NCBI RefSeq assembly: GCF_009914755.1
Contig: NC_060932.1
Source: the human T2T-CHM13v2.0 reference genome, Homo sapiens
Direction: 5' to 3' (one strand)
Length of the DNA stretch: 64,000 nucleotides
Of the stretch, positions 1-15,923 are shown piece by piece. The notes under the pieces were generated by a model that saw only the letters and a list, made by a program, of their open reading frames with translations, had not been told where the DNA came from and did not search any database. The position numbers and the translations under genes were made by a program. Each line of letters starts with the position of its first letter. Positions within the stretch are counted from its first letter, which is position 1.

Positions 1-1624
1 TCTAATGACACACATACATATACACATACACAATAGCAATGAGAGGTATATCATAGGCTCATCTAGGCCTGCCTGCTACAAAATCAGAAAACAACGAATA
101 CAGACCTAGGGCCATGTGAAAGGGCATTGAGCTGTAGTGCTTTGGGATTAGATAGATTTGCTCTTCAATCCAGTTTCTGTCAGCTACTCTCTGTTACTTG
201 AACAAGTTAAATATCCTTTCTGAGTCTTATTCTTTTCCTTTGCAGAATATAAACTGTATTTATTTGATGATGTTCTTCTGTGAGAATTCAATGTCATAAA
301 AGTATACAATATGCTATTCATTTGTTCATTCCAAAAACATTTAGAAGCTTTCATTATGTTGGAAGATTTAGATAAAAGAGTAACCAGTCATTGTGTAACA
401 TAATACATGCTGTTGCAGAGGACTAGATTTAAGAGTTTAGACTTTATTTTGAAATTAGAGACCATTGATGAGTTTCAAGTAAGATAACAAATTTTCAAAT
501 TTCCATTTTAGAGAAATAACTCTAGTTGTAATGCAGCAAGTAGATTGGAGCAGGCCGAGTCTGGAGGGCATGAGGCTTGTTTGTAGCTATTGCAGAAACC
601 CTAGGCAAGTGATGATTGCAGACATCATCCACAATGACAAAATAGGACTGAAGCAAATCACAAAAACAGAAAATTAAACTGAAGAGGAGGGTCCTGTCAT
701 AAAATTTGCCAAGCAGTGGCTTCCTGATGGACTAAACATAGAAAAGGAGAGGAAGAAAGGGAACAGCATGACTCTGAGACACAGGTGTCAAGAGATACAG
801 GAAAAGAAGTAGGTTTTCAGTGAAGGATAATGAACTCTGTTCTGACTATGTTGAATTTGAGGTGCCCATGGGACATCTAGATGAAGATTTCTAAATACAT
901 ATTTGGATTTTGAAGAGAAGAGTTAAAGAGAGAAATCTGACCCAGAGATGTGGCTTTAGGTTATGTGAATTAGCTACGTAGTCCCTCAATTGCCATGCAT
1001 TGGAATCTACTCCCAGTAGCTGCAGTGAACAGTGTGCACACAGATTGAATCCTGGAAACTTGTGATCAGTATGGTGGGATGGCCCATCTTACCTTTTATG
1101 AGTTCACCAAGAATTTTTCCTATTTAAAAGAACACCATGAATCCAGCCATTCATTCACTGCAAATCTAGCACAAAAAGATTGGCAACAAATTGTATTCAG
1201 GTAATAGATATCTCAGAGACCAATTATTAGTCAAATGTGGTAACACTGGGACTGATCATATCAGGAATTGGAAAAGAATGTCTGCTCCAAAAACTGTCAT
1301 AGAGATACTACTACATAAGCAAAATATTAAAAATTGTGGTTTTAAAATTTATCATTAAGAGATTCAGAAATTTTATCAAAAATTCCAGGAAATCAGAGAC
1401 TTCTGGTAATGCATGAGTCACAAGGAAGGGATTTCTCATCTGCTGGCCAAAGGTTGACTGTCTAATGATGAAAAGTCATTTTTGCCTCCTCTCCACTGAT
1501 CCCTTATATTCAGTCAGTTGCAAACATTAGCAATTTGACCTCATAGATTATTCTCATTGGCTTTTCTCTTACCTTCAATTCCTTGCTCTGGCACTAATTA
1601 TCTCAACTTGAGTTTTCACACTAG

Positions 1625-1720
1625 ATTCCTTCCTGCTCTCAAGCCATTCTGCACATTCTAACTATACCACATTATTCCTTCCTGCTGTCAAACCATTCCG
1701 CATTCTAACTATACCACATT
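1625..1720. repeat. Two-copy tandem duplication, ~48-bp unit
   Basis: attccttcctgctctcaagccattctgcacattctaactataccacatt is followed directly by attccttcctgctgtcaaaccattccgcattctaactataccacatt; flanks look like L2 remnants. Confidence 0.85.
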
Positions 1721-2046
1721 AATTTTTCTAAATCTTCCTAAACTCAACAAAGTCCAGGCTCTCAGAGTTCTTGACAGTACACCTCTATACGGGCTTTTCT
1801 AAATCATTCATTCATTCATTCATTCATTCAACAAACATTACAAATACATTTGAGAAGCTGGAAATTTTCTAAAAACATCTTGCATTCTCTTCTATTTACA
1901 GTTTTGCTGTTTCTTCTAACATGTCCTTTCTCCATCTTTTTCCTTATCCATCCCCCTCCTCACTGAGCTCTTACCTACCTGTAACACCCACCTTTGTCTT
2001 AGGATGCACATCCTTATCACACTAGGTGGAAATCCACCCAGCCCCC

Positions 2047-2531
<485 letters not shown>

Positions 2532-3021
2532 TTTTTTTTTTTTTTTTTTAAAGAAACTTTATTATACAGAATTTGTCATATCTTACGTTGAGGGACTTAT
2601 GTAAAAATGTTATTTTCTCTACTCAAATATAAGCTCTCAGGGCAGGGAAATGTTATTTTCTTTTAGTTTTGCATCTTCTACAGTGTCTTCCACACAGAAG
2701 GTACTTATTAATTGACTGTTCAATGCATAATTGAGGCCACAAATTACGAACCTTTCTTACTTAAAATTTATGAATTTTAGCATTCTTCAGAGCTGTCCCT
2801 CCTTCCCCAGGAACAGTCAGTTTGGCTGGGGGATTATTCTGACAAATGTTCTGCTACAAATGAGTCTTATCTTTAATTTAAGTAATTGAAATTCAATTAT
2901 TCAAATAAAACTTATTGAGAACTTCTTAAACCTCAGACACCATGCCAGGCTCTGAGGTTACAGATCTGAGCAAGAGACAATTGTGGCAGTAGAGAACTCT
3001 ATAGTTAAAAGTCCTATAATA

Positions 3022-3292
3022 GGCCAGGCACAGTGGTTCATGCCTGTAATCCCAGCAAGTTGGGAGGCCGAGGTGGGCGGATCACCAAAGGTCAGGAGTT
3101 CGAGACCAGCTTGGCTAACATAGTGAAACTCCATCTCTACTAAAAATGCAAAAATTAGCCGGGCGTCATTGTGGGCACCTGTAGTCCCAGCTGTTCGGGA
3201 GGCTGAGGTAGGAGAATTGTTTGAAGGAGGTTCCAGTGAGCCGAGATCATGCCACTGCATTCCAACCTGGGCAATAGAGCGAGACTCTGTCT

Positions 3293-3340
<48 letters not shown>
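3022..3340 (+). mobile_element. Alu, AluS-like, with 15-bp TSD
   Basis: Dimeric Alu with long A/(GAAAA)n tail; TSD aaaagtcctataata at 3007-3021 and 3341-3355. Confidence 0.95.
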
Positions 3341-3344
<4 letters not shown>

Positions 3345-4336
3345 GTCCTATAATAAAAACATGAACTTAATGTAATGGTGAGGGATTTTTGAGAAGGGAG
3401 CTCTAACCTTACTTGGAGAAGGTGGAAAATGATCGACACATCACTTTGTATAACACTTCACTTACTTGCCAATGCAGGTGTTTTTTTAACTTTCACTCAG
3501 TAGAATTTATTGAGTACCCAACGCTGTGTTTGTGCACTCTGCCAGCAGCTGAAATATGTTTATTTTTATATAATTAATAAACATATTTACATAAGATTCA
3601 AGAATTTAACTTATTGTATCAGACATTATTTTAAACACTTCATAGACAATATCCCATTTAATTTTTATGACAATTTGATGGAGTATTACTAAATATATCC
3701 CTTTTATAAGTTAAAAAACTCCCAGGCACAAGGACCCTAAGTTGATTTCCTACAATCACGTTAATTGTCAGGACTGGGATCTAAACACAAGTTGTTCTGC
3801 TTTCATAGCCCATTTAAAATCTTATCATATTACACTTTCAAAATCATCTCGAAAGACCATAAATTTGAAAAAAAAATTTGGAAAAATTACCCCAATAATT
3901 TGACATTTGAACTTTTTAAAATTGATTAAAGTAAGCCTAGAAAGACAGTCACTCTTTCTTTAGGATAAAAAGTAGGTTCAATGTAGTAAAGCATTTCAGG
4001 TACTACTTAAAGTATGAAACAATCAGTAAACCAAACCCTCCTCACAAAAGATATGTATAAACATTGTAAGATATGTGTAAACATGAGATTCTTACAAATA
4101 TCAGAAGAGAGAACTACCTTATGTTTTCATTCTGAAAATGATCATATAATTTCACTTTATTGTTATATTTCTTTTATTGTCAAGATTTAACTTCTATTCA
4201 GAAGTATTAAAGAATAGGATTTCTATTGTTGCAAACCTTGAAAATTATCGTAATTTATTGCCTTTTCCCTTAGCTGTAGTTTTGGTGGGAAGGATGTCTT
4301 TAATTATAAACCTTAAGTCAAGACTTTCTCCTTCGA

Positions 4337-4640
4337 GGCTGGGCTTGGTGGCTCACCCTTGTAATCCCAGCACTTTGGGAGGCCGAGGCGGGCGGATCAT
4401 GAGGTCAGGAGATCGAGACCATCCTGGCTAACACGGTGAAACCCCATCTCTGCTGAAAATACAAAAGATTAGCCGGGTGTGTTGGCGGGCGCCTATAGTC
4501 CCAGCTACTTGGGAGGCTGAGGCAGGAGAATGGCGTGAACCCAGGAGGCGGAGCTTACAGTGAGCTGAGATTGTGCCACCCTACTCCAGCCTGGTGGACA
4601 GAGTGAGACTCTGTCTCAAAAAAAAAAAAAAAAAAAAAAA
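4337..4640 (+). mobile_element. Alu, AluY-like, with TSD
   Basis: ggagaatggcgtgaacccaggaggcggagctt diagnostic; TSD agactttctccttcga / agactttgtcctttga. Confidence 0.95.
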
Positions 4641-5304
4641 AGACTTTGTCCTTTGAGTTCCCATAGCTCAGAATCCTCCCTTTGTTCCTGTGACAGTCAA
4701 TTTCCAATAAAAGGACTTGGTTCTCTACACACGGTGGATTTAGATAATTGATTTTTTTCCATTTTCTTAGTTGTAAAATACTTATAACTTAAAATATACC
4801 ATCTTAAAAATTTTTAAGTGTATCATTCAGTAGTATAAAATATATTCATAATGCCTGCAAGCGTCCATTTCGAGAACATTCCAGAACACCACCATTCATT
4901 TCCAGAACAATTTTTATCTTGTAAAACTGACACTCTACAGCCATTAAACAATAACTCCCCCTACCCCACTCCTCTCTATCCCTTAGCAACCACCATTCTA
5001 CCTTCTTTCTCTATGATGTTCTCTACTCTACGTACCTCATTTAAGTGGAATCATATAATACTTGTCTTTTTGTGATTGACATTTCGCATAGCATAATTTT
5101 CTCAAGGTTCATCTATGTTGTAGTAGATGTCAGAATTTCCTTCCTTTTAAGGCTGAATACTTTTTCATTACACACAGACTTTCTGCTTATCCATTCATTT
5201 GTCAATGGACACTTGGGTTGCATCCACGTTTTACCTATTGTGAATAATGCTATGAACATGGGTGTACAAATATCTGTTCGAGTCTCTGCTTTCAGTTCTT
5301 TTAG

Positions 5305-5634
<330 letters not shown>

Positions 5635-7822
5635 TGATAACTCTATTTTTAATTTTTTGACAAGCAGCCATTCTCTTTTCCATAGGGACTGTAATATTAT
5701 ACATTCACCAACAGTGCACAAGCATTCCAGTTACTCCACATCCTTACCAACACTTCATATTTTTTGTTCTTTTGATAGTAGCCATCCTGATGGGTGTGAG
5801 GTGCCATTTCATTGGTGTTTTGTTTTGCATTTCCCTAAGGATTAGTAATGTCAAGCATATTTTCAAAAGCGTATTAGTCATTTGTGTATCTTTCATGGAG
5901 AAATGTCTATTTATGTCATTTTCCTATTTTTGAAATGAGTTTTTGTTGTAATTGCTGTTGAGTTTTAGGAATTCTTTATGTATCCCAGATATTAATTACC
6001 TATTAGATGTATGATTTGCAGATAGTTTATCCCATTTTCTGGGTTGTGTTTTTACTCTGTTGATAATGTCTTTTGATGTAGAAAACTTCTAAATTTTCAT
6101 GAAGTTAAATTTGTCTATTTTTTATTTTGTTGCCTGAGCCTTTGTCTTTATATCTAAGAAATCATTGTCATACTTAATGTCAGAAGCTTTTACCTTATGT
6201 CTTCTTCTTCTAAGAGTTGTTATAATTTTAGAGCTTATATTTAGGTATGATCAATTTTGAGTTAATTTTTGTATATGATGTTAGATAATGGCCCAATTCT
6301 ATTCTCTTTTGTATGTGGCTATCCAGTTGTTTCAGCACTATTTGTTGAAAAGAATGTCCTTTCCCCATTAAATGATCTTGGCAATCTTGCCAAAAAATTA
6401 TTGACCACACATATGTCAGTTTATTTCTGGCCTTTCTATTCTATTCCATTGATCTACATATCTGTTTCCATGGCAGTACCACATTGTTTTGATTACTGTA
6501 GCTTTTGTAGTAAGTTTTGGAATCAGGAAGTCTGTGTCCTTCAGCTTTGTTGGTTTTTTTTTTTTTTTTTTTTTTTTTGATTGTTCTGTCTCTTCAAGTT
6601 TCCTTGAAACTCCTTATGAATTTTAGGGTGGGTTTTTCAGGGTTTTTTTTTTGTTTGTTTTGTTTTTTTCAAAAAAAGTTACTGAAATTTTAATAGGGCT
6701 TAGATGGAATCTGTAGGTCTTTTGGGGGTATTATTGACATTTTAACAATATTAAGTCTTCCATTTCATGAACATGGGATATGTTTGCATTTATTTATATC
6801 TTTAATTTTTTCAGTAATAATTTGTAGTTTCCATTGTACAAGTATTTCACCTCCTTGGTTAAGTTAATTCCTAAGTATTTTTTTCTGTTTGATGCTATTG
6901 TAAATGAAGTACATTTTATTATCAGAAAATTATCAGCAAATTTTCTCTTGCTGCTTTCAAGACTCTTCATCTTTTGAAAGTGACTATAATGTGTCTGGTG
7001 TGTGTCTCTTTGATTTCTTCTTACTTGGAGTTTATTGAGCTTCTTGGATGTATGTATACTCATGTCTTTCATCAAATTTTGGAAGTTTTCAGCTATTATC
7101 TATTCACATATCCTCTCTTCCCTTTTCTCTTTGTCTTCTCCTTCTTTGACTGCCATAATAGTCATGTTGGTTGGCTGTTTACTTTTCTTTAATCTTTTTT
7201 CTTCCAGTTTTTCAGGCTTGATAATTTCCATTGTCCTATCTTTAAATTTGCAGATTATTTTTTCTGCTTGCTTAGATGTATTTTTGAACCCCTCTAGTAA
7301 ATTTTTAAATTCAGGTATTTTACTTTTTAGCTCCAGATTTTATTTTTTGTTTCTTTTTTGGTTTCCTAGCTCTTTATTGATATTTCCCTTTTTTTCTCAC
7401 ATGATTTGCTTTGCTTTCTCTACATCTTCCTTTAGTTCTTTGAGCATATTTAAGAGAGTTGATTTAAAGTCTTTGTCTCGTATATCTACATCAGGTCTTT
7501 TTCAGGAACAGTTTTGATTTATTTATTTATTTTTCCTTTGAATGAGCAATCCGTTTCTTTTTTTTTGGTGTGCCTTATGATTTTTTGTTGAAAATTTAAC
7601 CTTTGAGTTGAATAATGGGGTAACCCTGAAAATCAGATTCTCCCCTTATCCAGGGTTTGCTGTTATTTTGTTATTTTTAAAAATATTGTTGCAGTCTATC
7701 TCTGTGCCTGGAATCATGCTGAGGTGTTAACTTAAGGTCTTCCCAGGTCTTTTCTGAGTCTGTGTCTTTTTCTGGGCAGGCACAGTTATTTAATAATTTT
7801 CCCCATATATGCAGTTGCTTTT

Positions 7823-9662
7823 TGATATGGTTTGTCTATGTGTCCCCACCCAAATCTCATGTTGAATTGTAATTCTCAATGTTGGGGAGGGAACAGGTGG
7901 GAGGTGATTGGATAATGGGGATGAATTTCCCCATGCTGTTCTCACGATAGTGAGTAAATTCTCACAAGATCTGATGGTTTAAAAGTGTGTGGCACTTCCC
8001 TGCTTACTCTCTCTCTCTCTCCTGCCACCACATGAACAAGGTGCTTGCTTCCCTTTCACCTCCCACCATGACTGTAAGTTTCCTGAGGCCTCCTAGTCAT
8101 GCTTTCTATTAAGCCTGTGGAACTGTGAGCCAATTAAACCACTTTTCATTATAAATAACTCAGTCTCAGGTAGTTCTTTATAGCAGTGTGAAAACAGACT
8201 GATACAGAAAATTGGTACCAGGAGTGGGGCATTGCTATAAAGATACCTGAAAATGTGAAAATGACTTTGTAACTGGGTAATGGGCAAAGTTTGAAATAGT
8301 TTGGAGGGATCAGAAGTCAGGAAGATGTGGGAAAGATTGGAACTTCATAGAGACTTGTTGAATGATTGTGACCAAATAGCTGATAGTGATATTAAAAATG
8401 AAGTCCAGGCTGAGGTAGTCTCAGATGAAGATGAGGAACTTATTGGGAACTGGAGAAAAGGTCACTCTTGCTATGCTTTAGCAAAGAGACTGGTGGCACT
8501 GTGCCCCTGCTCTAGGGACCTGTGGAACTTTGAACTTGAGAGAGATAATTTAAGGCATCTAGCATAAGAAATTTCTAAGCAGCAAAACATTCAAGACGTG
8601 GCCTGGCTGCTCCTAAAATCCTATGCTCATTTGAATAAGCAAATAAAACTTATATTTAAAAGGAAAGTAGAGTGTACAAGTTTGGAAAATTTGCAGCCTG
8701 ACCATGCAGTAGAAAAGAAAAGCCCATTTTCAGGAAAGAAATTCAAGCTGACAGCAAAAATTGATATAACTAAAGAGGAGCCAAATGTTAATAGCCAAGA
8801 CAATGGGAAAAATGTCTTCGGGTCATTTCAGAGATCTTCAAGGCAGTTCCTCCCATCACAGACCCAGAGGCCTAGAAGGGAAAAATGGTTTCTTTGGCTA
8901 GGCTTAGGGCCCCACTGCTCTGTGGGGCCTCAGGACATGGTGCCCTGGTGTCCCAGCCACTCCAGCTGCAGCAATGGCTAAAAGGTGCCAAGGGACAGCT
9001 CAGGCTGTGGCTTCAGAGGGTGCAAGACCCAAGCCTTGGCAGCTTCCATATGGTGTTGGGCCTGTGGGTGCAAACACGAGAATGTGCAGGAAGAAGTCTG
9101 CTGCAGAGTTGGAGCTTACATTGAGAACCTCTGCTAGGTCAGGGTGGAGGGGAAGTGTGGAGTTGGAGCCCCCACACAGAGTCCCCACTGGGGCACTGCA
9201 TCAGGAAGCTGTGTGAAGAGGGTCACTGTCCTCCAGACCCCAAAATGGTAGATATATTGACAGTTTTTACCATGTTCCTGGAAAAGCCACAAGCACTCAA
9301 TGCCAGCCAGTGAAAGCAGCCAAAGGGGCTGTTCTCTGCATGCTGTGGGAGGGACCTGGTGGGTGGTGATTGGATTATGGGGCCAGGTTTTCCTAATTGT
9401 TCTCATGCTAGTGAATTAGTTCTCAAGACGTCCGATGGTTTAAAAGAGTGCGGCACTTCCACCCTTGCTCTGTCATTCCTGCCACCATGTGAAGAAGGTG
9501 CTTGTTCCCCCTTTGCCTTCCACCATGATTGTAAGTTCCCTAAGGCCTCCCAGTCATGTGTCCCTTTAAGCTTGCTGAACTGTGATCCAATTAAACTTCT
9601 TTTCTTTATAAATTTCCCACTCTCGGGTAATTCTTGATAGCAGGTGAAAATGGACTAATACA
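7823..9662 (+). mobile_element. MaLR element (MSTA-like): 5' LTR, deleted internal region, 5'-truncated 3' LTR
   Basis: LTR start tgatatggttt...cccacccaaatctcatg and end gactgataca (~8205); internal start gaaaattggtaccaggagtgggg; second LTR ~9344-9662 ending ggactaataca; 5-bp TSD ctttt/ttttt. Confidence 0.85.
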
Positions 9663-10045
9663 TTTTTGAATTATTATTATTATTAGTCTTTACTCTCTGG
9701 CTCCCCAAATAAGACAAGGAGAAAAATGAAGGGTGCAGGAGGGTGCCAGCCCTTTAAATCTTCTGAAAGTCACTTCAGCCAGAAGGGGAGGGGCTTGAAA
9801 TAATGAGAGGAGATGCAACAACAATGGCTGCCTTATTATGAGCAGAAACAAAAATTAGTAATCAGAGATCAGATCTCTAATATTTGGAAGACTGGGTGCC
9901 TTTTGCCCACAGTGACTCCTTCTAGCTACATGCAAGCTGCTCTTAGAATACGCATAAGGCTGCCTGCCAGAGATGGGGGTTGATTATGAATGGCTGTTAC
10001 TGTGCTAATTGGTGAAATTGACTAAAACTAACTGTAATTATCATC

Positions 10046-10382
10046 TGCTATGACCTGAATGTCTGTGTTCCCCAAAATTCATATGTTGAAACCTATGCAA
10101 TAGTATTAAGAGGTGGGACCTTTATAGGGTGATTAAATCATGAGGGCTCCTAGTTCTCTTATTTATTAGTGCCCTTTAATAAAAGAGGCCTGAGAGAACT
10201 TTTTTGTCCCTTCTACCATATGAGAATACAGGAAAAAGTGTGGTTTATGAGGAAGCAGACCTCACTAGATACCACCGGTGCCTTGATCTTGAACTTACCA
10301 GCCTCTAGAACAATAAGGTATAAATTTCTATTCTTGATAAGTCTAAAGTATTTTGTTATAGCAGCCTGAGCAGACTAAAACA
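10046..10382 (+). mobile_element. MLT1A/MST-type solo LTR
   Basis: tgctatgacctgaatgtctgtgttccccaaaattcatatgttgaaacc...gcagcctgagcagactaaaaca; perfect 5-bp TSD tcatc. Confidence 0.85.
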
Positions 10383-13300
10383 TCATCCAAGATGTTCCTT
10401 GAAAATTGCAATCCTTCAATAAACTACAGAGTTCCAAAATAGTTACATCAGACAGGTTCTGCCAATGCAATTGTTGTGTAGGTGGAAGACAGATTCCTGA
10501 TGTTTTCTACTTTGCCATCTTCACAGAATCCTCTCAGAAAATTTGATTTTATTATTTTTTTTAGATGGGAGAGCAATTGGAACTTGCCACTTGTTACTTT
10601 ATTGATCCTTAAGGCTTTCTAAAAAATTATTTCCCTGTGAGGAGATCAAACTCTAGATTTTGAATTTACTTTATCTTTTAAATAACAATGTAAATGTATT
10701 TATTTATACCAAGAGAGATGCTAAGTGGCTCAAAATATCCATATTGCTTATTTATTGTTTCAGTTTCATAAGAAGTAAGCTTTCTTCCTAAAAAAATCAG
10801 CAGGTTATTTGGAAGATTATGGAACAGTATATATATTATGAAGAACTATATATTAATAATGTATTCATAAATACACTTAGAAAGTCTACCAGTGTATCGC
10901 AAATTGTTAACAGTGTTTACATTTAGAGGTTGAAATTATAAGGGGACTTCCACTCTCTCTACACTTAATTTCATTTTTTAAAAAAGATTCTATATTATCA
11001 AGAAAAAAACCCCTTTAATACAGATATTTACATTTTGAAAAGAAACCCCTACTGAGTTCAATCAGAATAAAGGTAGATGGATTATCTTGAAGGAGACTGC
11101 CAGCCCAAACTGGTGGGTTTGGTCTTCCCTTTTCAAATGAACCAGGTTAATTGTAGTATGCTGCAAGAATATTCTTTCCTTTGGTCATATTTGCTGTATC
11201 CTTGACATAAGGATACATTCAAACTTTCTTTTATGAATACCCTTTATCAGTTACCAAAAGTTTCATTCTAAAGAGCATTCACAACCCACCTAGCACATGG
11301 TAGGTGTTCAATAAATATACTGGATGAATGACTGCATGATGACATTGACACACTTTCATAAGTCACTTTCAGGTGAACACCAGTTGTCACATCCTTCTCA
11401 TCAGTTATACAGTGAAAGTTTGGGTTATCCTGGGAGGCTTAATAGAGCTACTGTTTATTGATTCTTATACCTACTTTTTACATTTGGTGATACAGATTTA
11501 TTTTAGGGTCTCCAATACTATATCCACTTAACACAGGTGATGTCCACATTTGGATGGGAAAATTTTCATACCATGACCTTAAGTAGTGTGAGGGAGCTGT
11601 AGCTGGCAAACCTTCTGCCTTAGGAAACATTGCGCCAAGCTGACATGGAAGATGAAAATGAGTAGCTGAGTTGGTAGGCATCAAACTTTCAAGTGCTGAC
11701 AGCTATGGGCTTCATGGTACTTGGATGCTAACAGAAAGTGAGCCACTTCCATTATAAAAACATCATTATAAGTGTATTGAAAATATTGTAACCAGAGATG
11801 AGGTGTGAATTAGAGGAGGAGAGAGAGGTAGAGGTAGAGGTAAAAGGAAAAACAGAAAAGAAAGATAAGGTAGGAGGAGGGAGAAATAACAACCTAAATC
11901 TCAATAGCTAGAGAGAACTGCAGTTAACATTTTGATTTAAGCACAGACACACAAATACACACACAGTCACTTCAGCACTTTCTGTAAAATTGGCAAGTGA
12001 ACAAAACTTGGACAAGATCCCCTCAGTTGTAAGCATGTCAAGTTTATCATAGTCGTGAGGCATTTAGGAAGATGTGTTTAAGATACAGTAAAGTTTATGC
12101 CCAAGTACGAAAGAAGGGGAAAGGAGCAGTTGAGTGAGTGGTATTTCTAGGAGTTGTCAATCTCCTAGGTGTCTGAATATAGACATCATAGAAGAGAAGA
12201 AACTGACTGAGTAGATCTGGGGCCATCAGCACAGAGTGAGGCAAAAATAAAAATGGCCTTGTAAATGAGAAAATTGAAAAAAAGTACTCCGATGGGACGA
12301 AGTAGATTAAAACTTGGAGCCTAAGATTTTAAAATACAGAGTTACCTATTAGGGAGAATATATAAAATACATACTATTTTTACAATTGACAGTTATGATA
12401 TGGAGACTGCTTTGGGAGGGGATCAAGGGGTCACTTTAGTCATAGGCATTATTGTCTGCCACTTTATTTTTTGGTGCTGCTCCACATTATACAACATGAA
12501 TACTGTGTAGTTATGGATCTTTGGCTTCTAAGGTAAGGCCTATTATGGGCTGACATACAGGTATGTGATATGGGGCTGGTACCTTAAAGAATATGTTTGT
12601 GTGGAGAGGATGCAGACAGAGAAGCCATGAGTGGTTTCTGTGGGTGCTCTAAGAGGGAGAGGATCACTCTGTAGCACATTCTTGAATTTTCTTATTTTTC
12701 TGTCTTCACTCCATTTCTGATCATCACACGTGATGCAGTCATAAGGAGAAAAGAAAAGTCCAATGTGTCCATGATAGGATAGTGATATTTTTGTTCAATA
12801 GTTTTATAGCATGCATATAGCATGACAATATGCTAGACTGATTGCCACTGCTAATTGTATCGATCATTTTGCTATGTTACAACTTTAGAATTTTAGTAGT
12901 CTATAATATTCACATTTCCTTCTTTCCCGCATTACATAAAGGCTGAGAGTTGACTGCAGGTCTGCTGTGGGCCATCTTCAAGTTCAGTCCATGTGTCCTC
13001 TCATTTCTGGACCTAGGCTGATGGAGTGGCCCTTTTCTGGGACATATGTTCTTGTGGCAGGAGGCAAGAGCACAAGAGGTTGTGCCGACATCTGTAAAAC
13101 ATCCATTGACATAACTGGTCTTAACAGTGAGGTAGAAGATATATTCTGCCTAGAAGGAGGCTTCATAAGGGTGGAGGTTTTTAATCTGCTTACAGAGGAG
13201 GACAAGAATAATTGTGAATAATACTAAGATGTACCAAATTAATCAGCTAGAGCTTAATTTTATGATAGTGGTCTTTGGGGGTACTTGGGGATACTACCAT

Positions 13301-14731
13301 GGGAAGGAAAAAAGTCTTTGATTGCAGTTAAAGCAAAAGAAAAGATTCTCAAAGTGTCTCATGTCCATCCATTCCTAATTATATCACATAATTTTACCAC
13401 AAAAATTAAAAATGAATTCAATATTTAAAATTCAAATATAATTAGAATTGCAAAGAATACAACAATATTAAAAATGCAAAGGAATGCAAATATAAATCAT
13501 GTAATTTATCTTTTTGACATACCTTGTCTGTAGAGACTTGTGCCGACGTAATTTCATCTTGTTTAGTTTGCAGATAAAAAGATAATCCCTGATACTATGT
13601 AAATTACATTGTGAAAAGCTCTTCTAGACCATTATATAGAAAAAAAAACAGCTGGGCTTCTTACACTATCTACCAGTAGTAAAGGAAATGAAAAAAAAAA
13701 ATACAGTTTGACCTACCTACATGTTTCATCTTGATTGAGTTAGCAATTTACCCCTCAACATATTTTTCTTTGGATTGCTTACTTAACCATTTTAAGACGA
13801 CATGCAGCAGTTGTACTTCAGAAGTATGCTATCAGCAGTCTCCTTCTTTATAGTAACTGTTCTCTGTAACCAACTTCCCACTGCCTGTGATTGAAAAGTC
13901 TAAGATATTAAGGTCTGAAAATTGAGGTTTTGAATTGAAAGGAAAACACCCCAATTTTGACTATAGTGCAGGACTTTGGTTTTTTAACATTATTTTATAG
14001 GAATCTTTGTAAAGAATATTTTCAAATTTGATGTTACTTTTACCTTAGTTCTTTCAGGGAATGAAATAGAAGTATTAAGCTTAAAATGTTAAGGTTCATG
14101 TGAATATGAATGCATATTTTGTTAGTGTAGTTATTTTCCATTGGAAACTTTTACAACCAATAGGAAATTAATAGTACCATCATCATAGGCCTTTGTTGAT
14201 TGCTTTGGGAATTAAGTACTAAATGGTATTTTACCATCCTTTATGGAAGACCAGAGTCAAATTCCACCCTCATTTAAGAGGCTTTCTTCAATTACAGTGG
14301 TCCTCATCCTCAATAAACTCTCTAAACTGTGAGACTGTTTTTTTTTTCTCTTCTCACAAAATCTATCATGTATTCTAAATTGTACAATTCATGGATCAGA
14401 GCCAGCCTGAATGTGTTTAACCTTGTCCCAGCTCCCTGCATGGGCTTGGCAGGTAGTGGCTCTAAATCTGTTTGTTGAAGGAATGAATGTGTTTCAAGTT
14501 CAAATTGAAATGAGTTATTTCAAGTTCAATTTTTTTTTAAAATGATACAGCTATGAATTCTTTGAACAAAGGAGTGTATGGTATTCCTATATATGTATGG
14601 AGGGCCCCACCTGGTATCTTGCACACAGCAGATAAGTTGTTGAATTGAACTAAACTATTAATTTTAACCACAACTTAGTACCACCCAGCTGTGTTAACAA
14701 AATCTCTAGATACTTAAAACTGAAATGAGCA

Positions 14732-15138
<407 letters not shown>

Positions 15139-15923
15139 TTAAAGTTGGAAGAAGGCTTTGAGGCCTTTCCAAAACATCTAGGACATTATGTATTCCAATG
15201 TCACATGGCCTTGGTTCCAGTCTTGAATCCTTCATAGGTGTGGCCTTGGTCCATTTATCTAAACCCTCTTTGTCTCACCTCTAAAGTGATCATCTTGAAT
15301 CACCTCTAAAAATGATCATAACAGCATCTACTTCATAAGATTGCTGTGAGGATTACATGAGGCAATGCAAGAAAAATATTCAGCTTAGTATGAGGCAGAG
15401 TAAGTGCCTAACAAAAGTAAGTTATCATATTGTTGTTTCTGTTTTTATTATGTGTAGGACACCTCTGGCATGCAAAGAACCATGGGAGGATGCAGAAATA
15501 GGAAATGGCCTCAGAAGTTCATTACTACTGCTAATTGTTTTTTAAAATGAACCTTTTCTGAGAACTTATTATTTAGTTGACATTATGTAAAATACTGAAT
15601 CCATTATCCTCATGCTCAACACAACTGTTTAATGAATGTGGAAACTGAGACTTAGGAAGGCCAAATATCTCACTGAAGGTCACCCAAAAAGTACGTGGAA
15701 GAGATGGGATTCAAATCCAGTTCTCCCGGCTAAAGCCTGCAGTTTGTGCTCTCTCATAGGAAACACGTCCAAAAGTTATGTAAGGAGGGAGCAACGACAG
15801 TTCTATTGCAAAGTAGGTATCATTAGGAAGGGGAGATCATTTTGCATTGGGAGTGATTGTGGAAAACAGGGAAAGTGACATTGGATAAGCAGAATTTTCA
15901 TAATGAAAGGTAAAGGGAGAGTT

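Noticed and set aside
7035-7517. 160-aa hydrophobic ORF that looks like a membrane protein
   Set aside because: It is the T-rich antisense strand of L1 ORF1, and the Phe/Leu/Ser bias is compositional.
8301-9637. Cluster of 60-127 aa ORFs
   Set aside because: They are degenerate MaLR internal ORF and LTR sequence with stops and deletions.
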